Assembly (NCBI GenBank): GCA_905331295.1
Contig: CAJNYD010000031.1
Location: 1 to 64,000 of the forward strand
Direction of reading: 5' to 3'
Length of the DNA stretch: 64,000 nucleotides
DNA from: Rotaria socialis
Taxonomy: Eukaryota
Shown here: positions 12,130 to 27,774 of the stretch, in pieces
Layout of the letters: every line of letters starts with the position of its first letter
Position numbering within the stretch: the first letter of the stretch is position 1
The notes under the pieces: model-generated
Told to the model about the DNA's origin: nothing
Seen by the model: only the letters and a program-made list of their open reading frames with translations
Database searches by the model: none
Made by a program: the position numbers and the translations under genes

Positions 12130-13382
12130 CTATTTCCATTTGAATATTTTTCATTCATAACGGCTTTTTTTAAATTCTAAACATCGAGATGATATCTCTT
12201 CTTGAAAAATAAAATGACATCAATATGTTTTTCGATCTTTCTTTAGTTTCATAAGTTGCAATTTTAATTTTAACTCAAACAACGATAAAACAAATAGTTG
12301 TATATCTATATTTAAACAAATAATCAAGTAACAACAAAATTATTTTCTTAATTAACACAACTGATACAACCTACATTCTGATCATGCGTTCTTCCGGATT
12401 TAAAAAAAATATGCTTAACACTCTGTGTTTTACATGTTGATCAAAGATTTTATTTACTTTCGAGGAAATCTTTGAATAAAAAAACTATGTACTAACGACA
12501 AATATAAAAAATAGGCTGGACTTAAATTAATAGTATTTCTTCCTGTTCTCCTTATATTGATGCCATGCCATTCTTCGGAATATAACAAGAAAAAACTCGC
12601 CTTCCTTTTCTGTATGTTGTCAATCTTATCTTCTTAAAAATGGAATAGGAACAAGAAAAAAACCAAGAGAAAGCAATAAAAAATAAAACATAAAAGTATG
12701 AATGTAGTTCATTCAGTTTTTCTTGTCGTTCAAATTAGAAGAAATTTTGAATATAACAATGACATTGACTAAAATATGTTTATTGATTCAGAATATTTTA
12801 GTTGCAGATCGAAAAACTGCCACTGATAAAGTCAATTCATCAGTATTTTATAAAACAAAAAGTATCTTTTTTTCATAGGTGTTTCGCTTTATTTTGATCA
12901 GTGTGTGGATGTATGATTCTTTTTAAACTAGAAGAATATGCTATCAGCATAAATAAACAATCTTTCACCAGCACATCCGATGTACGATCTGTTCAGTAAA
13001 CAAATTTATCAATCAAACAAATCATTTTTTTCTATAAATATTTTTAACCTTTTCGATCAACTTACGTCAAATTGCATAGAAAAGACAATAAAAATATGAT
13101 AATTTAACAGAGATGATCTTTTTAATCTAGTTTTGTTTTATTTTATTTTAGAGACAAGTTGACCAACGAGTCTTATATAATGATATAAATTCCACGAAAA
13201 AAAGCAATAAATTGTACCTAAAGAGAAACACACATAGTTTGTTTTTGTTGTCTAAAAGAAAACGAAAGAACATGGACTAGAAAGAGAAAAGAGGCGAACG
13301 GCTACATCATTCCGGTGGGAGAATTTAAAGAGACTAAGACTACCACAACATATGTATGGCACAACATCGAATGAAAATAATT

Positions 13383-16300
13383 TTATGATGAAGAATTTAT
13401 TGAAATTTTTTCTTGTTTTAAATGACTCATTAATCTTTGACGGATTTCTCTAATACGTTGATTTAACAGACGTTTATTTGGAAATAATTCTTCATTGGAC
13501 ATTTGAAATGATAATATTGATGAATCTAAAATTGAAATTTTATTTGAAATGAAAATGACTTGAAATTTCTTTTTACCAGTTGGATAGAGATGATCTTTAA
13601 GAAATTCGATAACTTTTAATTTTGATTCTAACTGACTTTTAGTTAGTGATTCATTTGTTGTATGTCGACTTGTACTAGATTTTATATATTGATTTTTCAT
13701 TTCTGAAAGTTTATTTTATAAAATAAAAAAAAATATGATTTTCAATAAGAAAAAATATTCACCTTCTAATTGTTTAATATAATCAATTTTTGGTTGTTTA
13801 ATTTCAGTTTGATTTTGTTCACAAATAATCGATGTTTTTCGTTTACGTGTTACAATTGAAGATGAATCATTTATTCCCACGCGTTCACTTATACTTCGAG
13901 ATCGAGTTCTTGGACCTTGAGTATCCTAAAATTATCGAAAATAGCAGAATTTAGAAATGAAAAAAATGAAAAAAGAAAAATGATTCAATAACATGTATGT
14001 ATGCAACAATTAAATCATTTATGATGATTAAATAAGAAGAAACATTAACTGTTTGATGCTTCTCAGAAATATTTATTTGTCCCATTACATCATCAAACGA
14101 ACTATTCGTCAGAGACGATACTTTGATACAAAACTCATATGTATATTCATTGAAGCATTCGAAGTTACGAATAAAATTTATTGAAAAGGTCAATTTATTT
14201 CTTATAGTAGATTAATTTAAACAGTAGCTGTCTGTTAATTGCGTTGTAGAACAAATCAAATAGAAACCTTTCATGTTTCATTCAAAGATTTCTACGTTCT
14301 TTTCTAGTAAATATATTCTTAAATCAAAGCTCTGAATCTTATAAACGTAAGATTATCTTTAAAGAATATTAAATTATCTAATGTAAACTATACAATTATT
14401 TTTTTAAATGAAATTCTAATTTATCTGAATCAAACTTTGATTCTAACCAGTTACATTGAGATGCTTAGTTTAATCTTAATCGTACCTAAACCTTACATAT
14501 AACATGCCTTTCCTTTTTTTCGTAGATCTTATGGCATGACGATTATTATTAATTTAATTTGATGTATATGTTTTGCAAATCGAGTAAAAGAGAAAAAATT
14601 ACGAACCTCTGTATAAAGAATTTTACATCGTTTAGCCGGTGGTTCATCGACATTAGTTTGTTCTTGTTCATACAAAGTCAAAGGTTTATAAGTAAAATCA
14701 TCATCTGTTGTAACTTGATATTTAAAAGGTAAAATTGGTTTAAATGATGTCGGTGATGTTTTACTTCTTTCAGATAATGAACTATTTGAACGCGAACTAA
14801 AAGCTGATAGTATTGTACTACTTCCATCAATCGATGAACCACTTGAATAACCCGTTGATGTACTTGCTGATGAAAATGATGATACTGAAACATAAGTTTT
14901 AGAAAGATATGGAAAATTAGTTTTGTTGCTTTTACCAAATGAATGTGTTCGATGATCATCAAGTGAAACTGGTTTTATTGATGATTGTAAATTTTTAAGT
15001 TGTTGTTCAAGATCTAAATTTGTTTTACGTTGATTAATTAACATTGAAACAATAGTTCGACAAGTTTCAGTCTCAGATAATCGCGATGTAGACTTTGATA
15101 ATGAATATTCATTTGAACAATCATATGAATCAATTATATTCGATGGTTTATCTCTTTCTAATAAGGCATTACTTTCATTTTCAGTTTCTAAATAGAGAAA
15201 AAAATTATTTTATAGAATTATAACATAATTGATATTATAGACAAGTTAATTATATTAAACGTTTTTTTTTTGGATAATTCTGGCGATAGTTCTGGTTATA
15301 GTAGATACTTTCGACGTAAAATATTAAGACTAAATTCATTCGTTGAGGGCTGTCATTGGTATGCATGAAGTCGCATGCAATGATAAAATTTTATAAGAAA
15401 ATATTGATTTCTAATTCTTATCGAGGAAACTCTACTAAGAAAACTTTCTTTTTTTCTTTCTTTACTGCTTCTTCTCAAAAATATGGATTTTATTTTATAA
15501 TATATATTCATAAACGAAGCTTGATAACGTAAAGTAGAAACATCTTTTAGAAATCGCAGATAATTTAAAATAACTTTTGATTACAAGACACTGTTTTTGG
15601 CTGATTTATAAAAGAATAGCGAGCTTATTAGAATAATTTCTTATCAACTACTAGAATGTTCAGTAATTCTTTATGAAACAAATATAAGAAATTGATATTT
15701 TACACTATTTTCTTCTCTCTCTCTCTCTTAACACTAAGTAGAAAATCAATTTTTGCAATAAAAGCATGAATTTTTATCTCGATTCATTAGTAACTATGAA
15801 AAAGACAAACTTTATCTATGATAAATATTCGTCCTACTTGAATATGAATTATTTGGTTGAGATTGATCAAGAATATTAAATGTTGAATTACTATGAATAG
15901 GAACAGGTGTTACAATATTTGTTAATATCGATGTATTTTCTAACGTTGGTTTCGTAATGGGTGAAAAATATTCGTTTAATTTTGGCATATTTGTACAAAT
16001 CTGTTCAGTTAAAAAAAATAAAAATAAATGAAATTTTATTGAAAAATCAAAATACTTGTGCAAAAACTTGAAGTGGATCGGATGGCGTAGGCGGTGATAC
16101 CACTTTATTTGTTGATTGTAATCTCGTTGATCGTCTTAATTGTTCTTTATTTTGCTCGTTTAATTGGTTTGCTCGTGTTTTATATAATTCCCGTTGATTT
16201 TGTGGTAATGAATACCATCTTTCACCTAAGATTTTTGATACATTTCGATTATCATGATAAGGATTCTCCAAATGAATTTTTGCACGTTCTTCTTGAGAAA

Positions 16301-18842
16301 ATAACATAAATGAATTAATTGGACGACGAATTGATTTATCTTTTGCTGATTTTGATGAATTTTCTAATGGAAAAATTGGTTTAGTTGAATGAGATTGATG
16401 ACTAGTTATATTTAATGGAACATCTATCGGATTTTTGTCTTTGTCTTGTCCTTTTAATGATAAATGTCTTGAACAAAGACCAAATTTTTGAGATTCTTTT
16501 GTACAAGTCTTATAAGAACAAAGACGACGCCATTGTTTACCATTGAATTTTTTTCGATTTTGAGAATCAAGTGTTATAATATCACCTTTACGATATGATT
16601 TTTCATCTGATATATTATCACAAATATCATTTTTAACATTCGATGATTCGATTGTTGAACAGGAATCTTCAAATGATGGACTTACACATAAACCTATTTA
16701 TAAAATTAAAAAAAGAAAGAATTATTAAAACAAAATTTGTCAATCAGAAATATCTTCATGATGACTAAACAAAATTTTGTGTAGGGAAAATTTTCTGTTT
16801 ATAGATGTAGAAAATATTTTCAGTGAAATAGAGATATTATTTTTAGCATACCTGCGTTTATACTAGTTCTGATTAAACTTTTTTTGTGTTCCTTCACATT
16901 CTTTTAATCATCTAGTGTCATTTAGATGTCTTCAGTTAGGTGAATTTGTTTTTCACTAGACGACAAATGTTGTCTTTTTTCCTCTTTAAAATATCAGTCT
17001 AAATTCAGTTTGATACTAATTCGTTGATTAATTATTGAATTCTTTTTTTTTCTTGTCAAATAAATACGACACATTATATAATAATTTTCTATTGCACTTT
17101 TAAAGTAATTGATGCATGTATAAATTATACATATTCGTAAATCAGAAGAAAGAAATGCCTTTCATGTATACATGTACAATCGAGATATTCTTATAGGAAG
17201 AGAAACCATTAAATATTGTTCGATTTACAAAGATATTTATTAATGGAGTTTTTAATACAATCATACAACTTTTTATTATTAGAAATTTTAAAATAGTCAT
17301 AAGTTATAGGAAGACTTAATCAACATATATTTGTTGTATACTATTCTTTTCTTATTTGATTTAATTCGTAGGAAATAAATTACATGAATTGTAGGACACG
17401 CTCAATATTGTTTTTCAAAATTCACATATAATCGAATTCTTTTACACAAAACAATGTTATAGAACACAAATTATTTCTCAGTTCGTATGTAAAAATATTT
17501 AATTATTTCTATTGAAATACGACGTTTCAAAGAAGATTTTCTAATCTAATTATATTCTAATAAAAGTAAAACTATGAATTAGAAATATTTCAAAACAAAT
17601 GAACGGTATTGTGTGTTAAATTTTTTCCGAAATTTAATTCTACTTATATTGTTTTTTTTTCAACAATAAGTTATGTTTACGTACAACAAAATATTCTAAT
17701 TTATACTCGTAGGGAATGATATCATCAAAGAAAATTACTCAGACAAGAAATATTATTTTATTAGAAACCTTATCTCAGACTATTTGAACAAGAAACTCAT
17801 GTCATAAATTACTGAAATTCATGAGAAATGCATGTGTTAGAAGAAAAAATATAATCTGCATATCAACTTTAGAAGTCTCATGAAAAAAGTGAAACAATTT
17901 TCAAAGTTTATTCTAATCTTTAGACAATCAATCTAGAATAGCGTTGAATCTCAATCATCTATAAGTTAAATTGATAGCTAACAAAATGTACGGACGATTT
18001 GTAAGCATTGAAATGAGTTCAAACAATTATTCACTACTATGAATATTTGTTTTTAGATTCAAAACTATGTTCATGATCTTTAAAAGATAATACTATTTAA
18101 TACATTTACCATTTAAAGTTTTATTAAAAGTAAATAATCCTGTTTGATAAAGTGCTGCATTCCAATCAATTGAAACTTCTAAAGCAAAAATAAATAGATA
18201 GTAATAAAAATTACGACAAAAAACAACAAGAACAACAACAACAACGAACCATCATGCCATGGTGGTAAGAACAATCTAATGGATTGCCGCGGTACACATA
18301 AAAGTTCAGTTTGATCTTTAAATAAAATTTTAAATTTTCCTTCTTTTGTTTTTTCAACAATAACTGCTGTTTGATAGATATGATGATTCGGTGGATTTTT
18401 ACATAAAATGAATTTTCCTTCCACTAAATCTTGAATGGATGGCGCATTATCAGATAAAATTCCAAAAATATTTTCATAAATATTTATTTCAATTGATTTT
18501 TCATATGAAGAAATATTTGATTGTACAGATAAACAACCATTTAATCCAATGTGATTTAGTTTACCTGATATATATTCATTAGAATTAGTTTCTACAAGAA
18601 CTGTTATTGTTCGCCAATCTTGAAAACTATATTCGTTTAATAACTTTTTTATTTCAGAAAAATAATCTAAAGAAATCAAATAAAAACTATTGAAAATTGT
18701 TTACATATTTTTCAAAATTACTTAGATTATTAACTTGTTGCTGTTGATCATCATGATGATGTGCTAACCAACGTTTTTTCAATGAAAATGTTTTTTGATC
18801 TTCTTCATTTATTGTTGTTGTTGTTGATGATCGTCTTAACAT
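13383..18842 (-). CDS. cic: Capicua-like HMG-box repressor (long-isoform architecture), ~806 aa; exons 18842-18722, 18666-18250, 18178-18110, 16693-16056, 16000-15838, 15187-14607, 13925-13763, 13702-13577, 13525-13383
   Basis: CIC-L motifs [13 protein letters not shown] and [36 protein letters not shown] box [12 protein letters not shown]...[17 protein letters not shown]1-like end LYPT..FQ....[20 protein letters not shown]. All introns are GT-AG and the phases are consistent. Confidence 0.85.
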
Positions 18843-20825
18843 TTTTTTTTCTTTTGTTAAAAGAAATTTTGAATCATATTGCAAATGAAAGTAATACAAT
18901 AAATAACACCGGATTGATAAATGAGATTGTTTTCTTTTAGTAATGGAATGATTTTATTAGATATTTCGTTTGATTTTAATAAAAGGAAAAAAATATAATT
19001 ATTATCATCTAGAAATGTGTGAAATTGTTTTTTTTTCATTTACAAATCGAACATAACGAAACAAATAATAATAATAACAAGCATTTTTTAACCAGTTCGG
19101 ACAGATAAACATCTACATTACAATATTTTATTTGACATGTCTAGATGGCGGCAAATGACGATGTATACTAGGCCATTTTTTTTTATTGATCTCATATTCA
19201 GTTTTGAATCTGAACTCAACGAAAAAGAAACACTCTAAACGAATGCATCGTCTTATGTCAAGTGGTAGTCCAAAGCAAATATACCTTCTTTTTAAAAAAT
19301 TGTTTTTTTCAACTGATATATTCAAAGCTAAAAGAACAAAGATTTCTTTTTGCATAATAAAATCAAATTGAATCATCAAATTTGAACTAGAAAGAAGCGA
19401 TGCTGAATAAAGCTTTCACCTGCCTCTTAAATATATAGTCGTCAAAATGATCTCCTACTCACTCATCGTTATATTTTCTTTCATCGAAAAGTTGATAAGA
19501 AAAACAAAAGTTTCCTATTAATTAATCTGCAATTGATATTTATTTAAATCTAAATCCATTCATTTAGAAAATCTTAACCCAATCGGCTTAGCTCCTTATG
19601 TTAAATAGAAACTTTGATCTCAAATGCAAACAAAGCACTCAATTGAAAAAAAGACGCATAGATTTTTCTCTTGTCTTTTAATACACAAGGACATTTGGAA
19701 AAAACACTGTTCTAACTTTAATATGAGCTAAAACTACATTTATTTCACCGGAAATCAAATTGAAACATTAATTATAAAATCCTTCAGGACTTTTTCTCGT
19801 ATGAAATAAAATAGCTTTATCGACTAATGAACATATAACACCAGTTTAATTATATTCAAATATACACAATCAATTTTAAAAGGATTTTTTTGCTTTCAAT
19901 AGAAATGACAAAAAATAGTTGTTAAATACGAAGATTTTCTTTTTCAATACTAAAGAGATTTTATTGGTGCACCTGTTATCGCACTCACTAGTCGTTTCTA
20001 CAATAATGCACAACAAATGCATGTCCATTAATTAAATTAATAATATGCATAGATGAATATCATTTCATTAGCAACAATTAGAATATTCCAATAAATATTC
20101 CGAAAAAAAATTGAATTCTCAAATATTTTTTATAAACTCTATCAAATCAAGAAAAAAACCTTACTCATAAACATTTGATAATCAATAAAGAAAAACGAAT
20201 ACGACCTATTTTATGTTGACGATACTGAATTCAATAAAACATTGACGAATAACATGATGCTGTGTCGTGATTTCTTTTTCTTTGTTCGAATGCCTACAAT
20301 ATAAAAATTCATTTACTTACACGAAAAGAAAGAATATCATTTAATAAAAATGTTAGTCGACATTTTCAACTTATCTAGTTAAAACATACAACGCGTTTCG
20401 TTTATTAAAAGACATAGATAATAGATAATACGTGACTTGAGTACAACAATAAGAAACAACAAAAAAGAAAAAAAAGAAACAAGATACGACCAGTTGTATT
20501 TTATTTAATATGAACAATTCTGTAAGTTTTTGATTCTATTCAAGACCTATAGTGTTTTTACTAATCACTGCCTAAAATATATTTCTTGATATAGTTACCT
20601 TCGTCTAACAGCATTCTTTCTCTTTTTTTCTACTGAAACATTCAACAACTAATTACCTTTCGTGTAGACAAATAAAAAAAAAGACATAATTCTTTTTTAC
20701 TATCTAACAAATCGAAAAAAGGTCTTACTTCGATTTTGTTCTCATGTCTTATTATATCAACTATTCATGGTTATATGAGACACGTCAGTCTCGTTTACTA
20801 TTAATAGGCACTGTGCACATTTCAC

Positions 20826-20848
20826 TCATTCATTCATTCATTCATTCA
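20826..20848. repeat. (TTCA)n microsatellite, equal to overlapping TGAATGAA octamers on the minus strand
   Basis: Five perfect TTCA units at 20829-20848. Confidence 0.7.
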
Positions 20849-23800
20849 ATCGTTTCATCTCATCTCGGCAATGGCAAAGGCACAATAGGCATCCATCTCT
20901 TCTCTCTTTCTCTCCTCTCTCTCTTTCTCAACAGACAGTTTATTTGATTCTCTATGCGTACATGCACAAGAACAGAATGAAGAAGAACAAAAAAAAGGGG
21001 GTGAAAATAATGTTTCCATTCATGGCATGAATGTGCCAAAAAACTATTGATCAGCAAGCAGTTCCTTTTCTTTCATTATCGATCTACTAGTGAACAGTAT
21101 ACATGTTTAACCGTTTTCAAAAGTTAAAAACATGAGAAAGGAAAATCATCTGTAAAAGTACTAAGATTTCAGAATATTGTCTATCATAGTAATAAGATAA
21201 TATTCGGCTAGTTCTTCGGTGAAAAATGGAAAAAAATGATCTTGCAAGAAAAAAGAGAACGCTTGTTCCTTAGCGGCGCACATTTAAATCATCACTGAGT
21301 ACAGAAGAGAGAAAAAATGGTAAAGTTGTGAATATAACAACCTTAAGATTCACATATCATCTTGGTTGATTTCTTTGCATTATCAATATTTTATTTATAC
21401 ATTTGAAAATACATAGGACTATGACTTTTATAGGAATAAAATTTAAAAAAAAGGAAATGCCAAAATGAGAATATCACTAACGAAGTGAAGCCACACATTT
21501 GGATAAGTATAACGGAAAATAAATCTCACTCTTATATGATAGAGGGAAAGAAAAGATAAACGAAAATACTTTGATTTCCGCACTTAGAATTATTGATTCA
21601 CATTGATTTTATCTTATGCAGGAAAATAAACAACTTATTCATTCTTCACAGAAAAACGCCTTACTCTTATGTGCCAAATGCATTTGCTTATAAGATAAAT
21701 AATCAATCTCAGGTTTTTATTTATGATGAATATCCTTTTGAATCGCATAATTGCATTGTTTTGTACTCTTCTTCTGCATTTAAATCGACGAGAAAGAAAA
21801 ATAAATGAATATCTAAGAGATGTTAATAATATTAACATATTCTAAATATGTTTAAAAAGAATTTAATGTTAAATAGAAAACTTTCTTTCATCAAATTTTA
21901 TATAAATAAAATCTGTAAATTTGAAATCAACTAAATAATAAGCAAGAGAAAAAAGTTCTCATTTTCTTTTTATCCTAAATAAATTTTGCTACAGATCAAT
22001 TATTATAAAGAAGCTAGTTTAGAAAATAAGGCTTATTTCTATTATGACAATAGCACTTCACATAGAATAATGTAGATCATCGAACAAATTACATTTTCAA
22101 GTGTCAACATAAACAGAAAATCCATCTTCACAAAAAGAGTTTAGTTTTCTTTCATTAACTAATCAGAGCTTAACGAAGAAAAATCTCTCATTGGAAACTA
22201 TTTTATATAAATCGTTTATTTTACTGTTTTTCTTTATTTGTCTATGAATAAATCGATCGATTTTCAAAATTTTCTAATATTATCAAATTTGAAAATGAGA
22301 GGTTTTATCTATTTAGAATAGATTTCGAAACAAATAAATTTTGCGAGAAAAACTCTAAACTTCTAAGTGAATTCATTTATTACAAATGTAAATATCTTAT
22401 ATAAAATGTTTTTTTTATTCATTGTTCGGTGACTATGAATTAATAGACAAGAAAATAAGCGCAAATAATTCTCTGTTCTGATCTTTAAGCATTGACAAAA
22501 TAATTGTAAGATTGTTCTTTTTTTCCGAATCAGTTGAATAAAACAAAAAGACATCTATTTTGGAAAAAATTCTTAGAGTTTTTGGTTCAAAAAAAGAAGT
22601 TTCTCTATTTATTATAATTTATTGAGTTGATCATTACTGATTAATAAAAATAATGGGAAATATCCGGCAAAAGACTTATTAAAATAAATCATGTGTCAGA
22701 ATCAAATATAATTATACAACAAAATTTGTTTTTCTATTTGTTCAAGTGAAATTTCTATTTTATCATTATCGTTATATGTCATCAGTAAAAGTTTTGTCTT
22801 CTCTTCGTCAGATAATTTCAAAATTTTTACAGTATGTGTTTACTAGATTATCTATTGATGTTGTTATTATTGAAATGAGTTTTTTGATGGATATTTAAGA
22901 CTGTCGGATTTAAATCTATAAAATAAATTCCTATACATAATAATGTATTATGAATCTAAGAGTATGTTTCAATAATTAGATATAGAAACTCTACATTGTA
23001 TAGTTTATCAATGAATGACGTATTATATCTTAAACTGTAGCATGAATGTCTTTCGTTTTAGTCTTGGATATGTTTAAATCCAAAATGTAACAGTCAAATT
23101 CCGTTGGATGTTATCGTAAAAGTCATTAAATAGAATTAAGAACTATCGAATAAGTCACCTTTTTGTTTTATTCAATCGTGACTGCTCACGATTTATAAAA
23201 CATGATTATTATTAATAGAGTTCAATTGAATCTACTAAATTTCTCATCCAAATGAACTATTTTATTTTATCTTTACATAGGTTTAGTAAAAGATTTAAAT
23301 GATGAACATTTACACGGAATGAATGACTCAATTAAAATTGGATAATGCCAGTCTTGCTAGAAAAGAAAAGATACGAATAGATTTTCAATTTAAACCAATT
23401 TTCTTATCAAGGAAGGTTTCGTTTACTTAAATAATTATCAAAAAAAAACTTGTTTTAACTACACTCTCTGTCAATAGAATTAGAAATTTTAATATAACCA
23501 AACAATTAATGAGATATTCATAGTTAATTTCAATTAAAAGAAAACCAATTATGAAAACATCAATATACTTTTCTATATGAATTTTATTTTTCAATATAGA
23601 AATTTTCCGTAAATATATGACTAAAAACGCACTGATAATTGATAGAATATGTTTTACCGGCATACCAATAACATTTTATTTGTCTCCATGATTAATCACA
23701 TTTTGATTAGTTTTATTCTAGGAAGAATTAATAAAAACAAAAAACTTAGTATACTAATTCATTAAAGAAAATAGATTCTCATCTTTAAATATCAAAAACT

Positions 23801-26800
23801 ATTCTAAGTCGTATTAAACGAATAATTTTAATATGAACAAAACAAAAAAAAAGATGAAGAGAAATTGAACGACAATGATGAATACTCCTAACAATGACAA
23901 GTACATTGAATGAATGTTCTATAACGAAAGTATAAACCGATAACGATGACCTTCATATAGAATAACAAACAATGTCGTCCACTTTCATCAGAAAAATAGA
24001 ACAGAGATCGCACAGGCTTCATATCATACTAACTGTACGTAGGCATTAATTATCAAAACATTATTAATATATCGTAGCTATAATATTCTTATTCTTATTC
24101 TTCGTTGATATTAGTAATAAAATAACTTTTATATCTGATGATAGAAAGCACTTACTCAATATCTGTTCTATTGAATAATGATCGTTAATATATTCTATGT
24201 TGAAAGAATGCGCACTAGATGACAGAAGAGAAGGTTATATTTTCATTCGTCGTTTTGCTTGTTTATCTTTGCCAAAATATAAAGTCATTTCCTCTTTCAT
24301 TCTCTGTTTTCTGTCAATGTATCAATTGGCAATATGTTACGATAACGCCAATATGAAGAACATTTAGATACATGTATATCTATGCGACGAATAGCCATGC
24401 CTTGATATAATGATGCATATATACCTAAGAGAAGTGCATTTTTACACTAGACACATCGTGCAAGCATGATTGATTTTTCACTTTTCTGTTTTGTACATAT
24501 AGTATTCGCTAAGCAGCAGTTTCTCTCACATCAAAAGAGGAGAATATATGCGTTTGCATACTATCGATAGTGTTTTTGCGATGTGTATATACATTTTTGT
24601 TGTGAGGAGTAGATCGCAAAAATATGATAAAGTCAATTAGATCAACACAGCGCCATTCTCTTTTTCTCTGAATGATTGTTGTTGAATGCGCAAATTTTTT
24701 GGTGAGATGAAGAGTAAGGACAAGAGTTTCCATATGGCTTCAACCATATGACAGAAGAAAAGAAGAAAAATAAGAAAAAAAAGGTGTCGAAAAAAAGAAA
24801 TGCATATCTGCTGTATTAGCCAAAGGCTCATTGGGTATTGACAAAAGCGAAAAGACTTGTTGTTGATCATAACAATCAACTATGAACATATGAGATTCTA
24901 TCGTTCATAAAAATAGAATTAATAAATTGCTTAGGGGATCAACATGTTTTTATTTCGATTTTATTTTTCATTTAAGAGCTTTTCTAATTTTTTATTTATA
25001 TTATTTTAATATCCTATTTGTATATAAAGGACGAACAAGGACAAATGTAGAAGTATTCCTTTATGTGTTTACATAAATGTATATGTGACATGTCTATTTT
25101 TTTGATGATAAGAATGATGAGATATAGCAAATCATCTCATCTACTCTCTTTCTATCGGTCAATTATAATACCAGAAAATGTCATTGAATGTGTCAGTGAA
25201 ACTACATAGACCTCAATGATAATTTGCACATGTACAAAAAAAAGGAACAGAAATGATCTTCTACTTCTTGTTTTTTTATCTTAATCAAACATTCGTTTTT
25301 CTTATAGGTCGGATTAATAACAATAAGAAATAATGAGTATCTTTTATGAGAGTTTTTCTGATCTTTAATAATGAAAAATCTTCATGACATTTATTTTGCT
25401 CTTGATGACTTGATCTTTTAGTTAGCTACAAGAGTTTTTCTTCAGACGATTAATAAATAATATAAAAGAATTTTAATCAGAAAATTTCTCTATGATTTTA
25501 TATAAAAATCCTAATCATTTTTCTTAAATATCAACGAATATGTTTTATATTGCATCTGATGTCTATCAAATGAAAATCTCTTTGACCTGAATTTGACCTC
25601 TAGTAAATTATTCTTTGCCTTTAATTAAACAACGTACACTTTATTCTTCTGACAAAGTATATATTCAATGTTCAACAAAGACAAATATCTTGTTTCCTAT
25701 GTATATGTACAATTATTATTAGTTTTTATTCATTTCTCTCTATTGAAGTGTCTCAAAAATTTTCAAAACATGCTTTTAAATGAATAACTAGCAACTGTAA
25801 ATATGTACAGATAGATCTAAAGACAACCAGTTTGTTTTTGGACGAGTGTAGAAAAAAAAGAAAGAAAGAAAGAAAGAAAGCAAAATAAAATTGAATTCAT
25901 GTGAATAGTGCGTTGGTCATGAATGAGATGAAGAGGAAAAAAATGAGAAGATTTCAGGTACTTTGTTTTCAATTTTGATAGTGTGAATATAGAATTTTTG
26001 TCTCATCGTGAAATCGTGTGTTTTTTATGCTAAATATACGAAAACTTTCTAACATTAAGTGAATCTACTTTTTTTATATCTCACAATCGCCATATCCTTA
26101 CTTCTAGTTTCAACAGGAGTAGCGTTGTACTTCAAGATAATTGTATAAAAAAAATCTCTGCGCATTAAACAATAACTCTAGTAGACAAAATATTCTTTTA
26201 TTAAATCTATGCACAATATCCTTAGAATGAAAATAAAAATCTTATTTGAAAAGCTGACAATCAATAGATTCTTATATGATGGCATCGTTAACTTCTACAA
26301 TTTCTTTTTTGTTTTACATATATTTGACTTACGAAATAACAAAAAACAATGTTGGATATTTTAATCAGTATGATCATTGCTTCATTTTGTAATAATGATG
26401 TTGCATTGTATTGTAACATACATTCGAACTGGCACAAAATACATACATACACAATGGCAAATCTTTTTTAATAATGCATCATGTTTAATTTGTATTATTC
26501 ATACAGAGAGAGAGAGAGACTGAGACAGAGAGAACGAGAAAAGTAAATATCTTACACTACTACAAACATATGTGCTATACAACTGTTAGAGACACTTCAT
26601 ATATCAATAAGATTTGATATGAGACCCGAGATTGTGCTCAATCTTCTTTTGGATTTTTTTATGTTCATGAGTTAAAATCTGATGAAGAATTGATAAAAAT
26701 AATTTTGAATAAGCGAATCAGATATTAAAGTGTTGATAATATCGTCAATAAACAAGAACATATCGCATATTTAATGTATAATAAACAAAAGACAAAGAAC

Positions 26801-27774
26801 AAGCAAAAATAACAATTTCTTTTACTAAGCAAATCTTTGTTTATTGACTATTTGATCTGGAAAGACAAACATGTACCTCGAACTGACAAATTGATTTTGT
26901 TTACATTAATCATTTTGCTTATAAAGGATATTTTGGTTTATGAAAAATTCAATAGACCAGAAACTTCATTTGAGTACTTTTTTTTAAATTTCATTTGTTT
27001 GTTTACTATTAGTTTACACATATTCTTGTGCACAAGTAATCGCATTCGAGAAAGAGAGTCTTTTGCCTTTTCTTTTTTGCTTTTCAAGACAACTTTTTTT
27101 TCTTTCTTTTAATAACTTTAGTGATCTGAAGTATTTAACTCTTATTCGTTCGTCTCTGTCGTTCTCTATTTACAATATGAAGTCTTTAAAAACTCGTTAT
27201 TTTCTGTTCATTTTTCTTTTGGTACAGCTTTCCTTTCTTTTTACTTTGAAACCCAATATGTCGTCTTGTTTCTCTCTTGGCTGTCTTCATGTATAAAGAA
27301 GCGAGAAGAAAAATCAAGCAATAAAATTGTCAACAATAATATGAAAAGAAATAAGAGAACCATACTTTGAATATAATTATACATCAAACGAATATTAGTT
27401 TATTAGGCGAATTCAATAGTCGCTGGATCCGACTCGTACATTTTGTGCTCATTCTTTCTTGATCATATCAAAAGCATTCAACATGTTATTGAACCTTATT
27501 ACTTTCAAAATATATGTCACGCACTTTTCTTTTTCTTGAGTTTGACATTGATATTCAAAATAAATCATAATCTTTCAATTAATGAGAGAAAATAAGATTG
27601 ACATAAATGAAAATAATTAATGACAAACAACATATTACAATTAAAAAAACAAAACCAAAAACGAACAATATGCTTCTCACTAACAAATAATAAATTCTAA
27701 AGATAAAACCGGATAAAAAGGTATATAATGATTGTCAATAAAGGAGAAAAAGTAATATCACTGTTGAGTAAAAT

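Noticed and set aside
13526..13576. In-frame stop-free introns (also 28177-28236, 45788-45844, 52852-52908) suggesting regulated intron retention
   Set aside because: A few 3n, stop-free cases among about 25 very short introns are plausible by chance, and there is no transcript evidence.
13921..13927. GTATCCT, a U12-type donor motif
   Set aside because: It is on the strand opposite the cic gene and is simply the reverse complement of an ordinary acceptor junction.
19128..27296. Many 60-90 aa ORFs between cic and VGLUT
   Set aside because: Low-complexity F/L/I/K-rich translations typical of AT-rich non-coding DNA, with no motifs and no exon chain.
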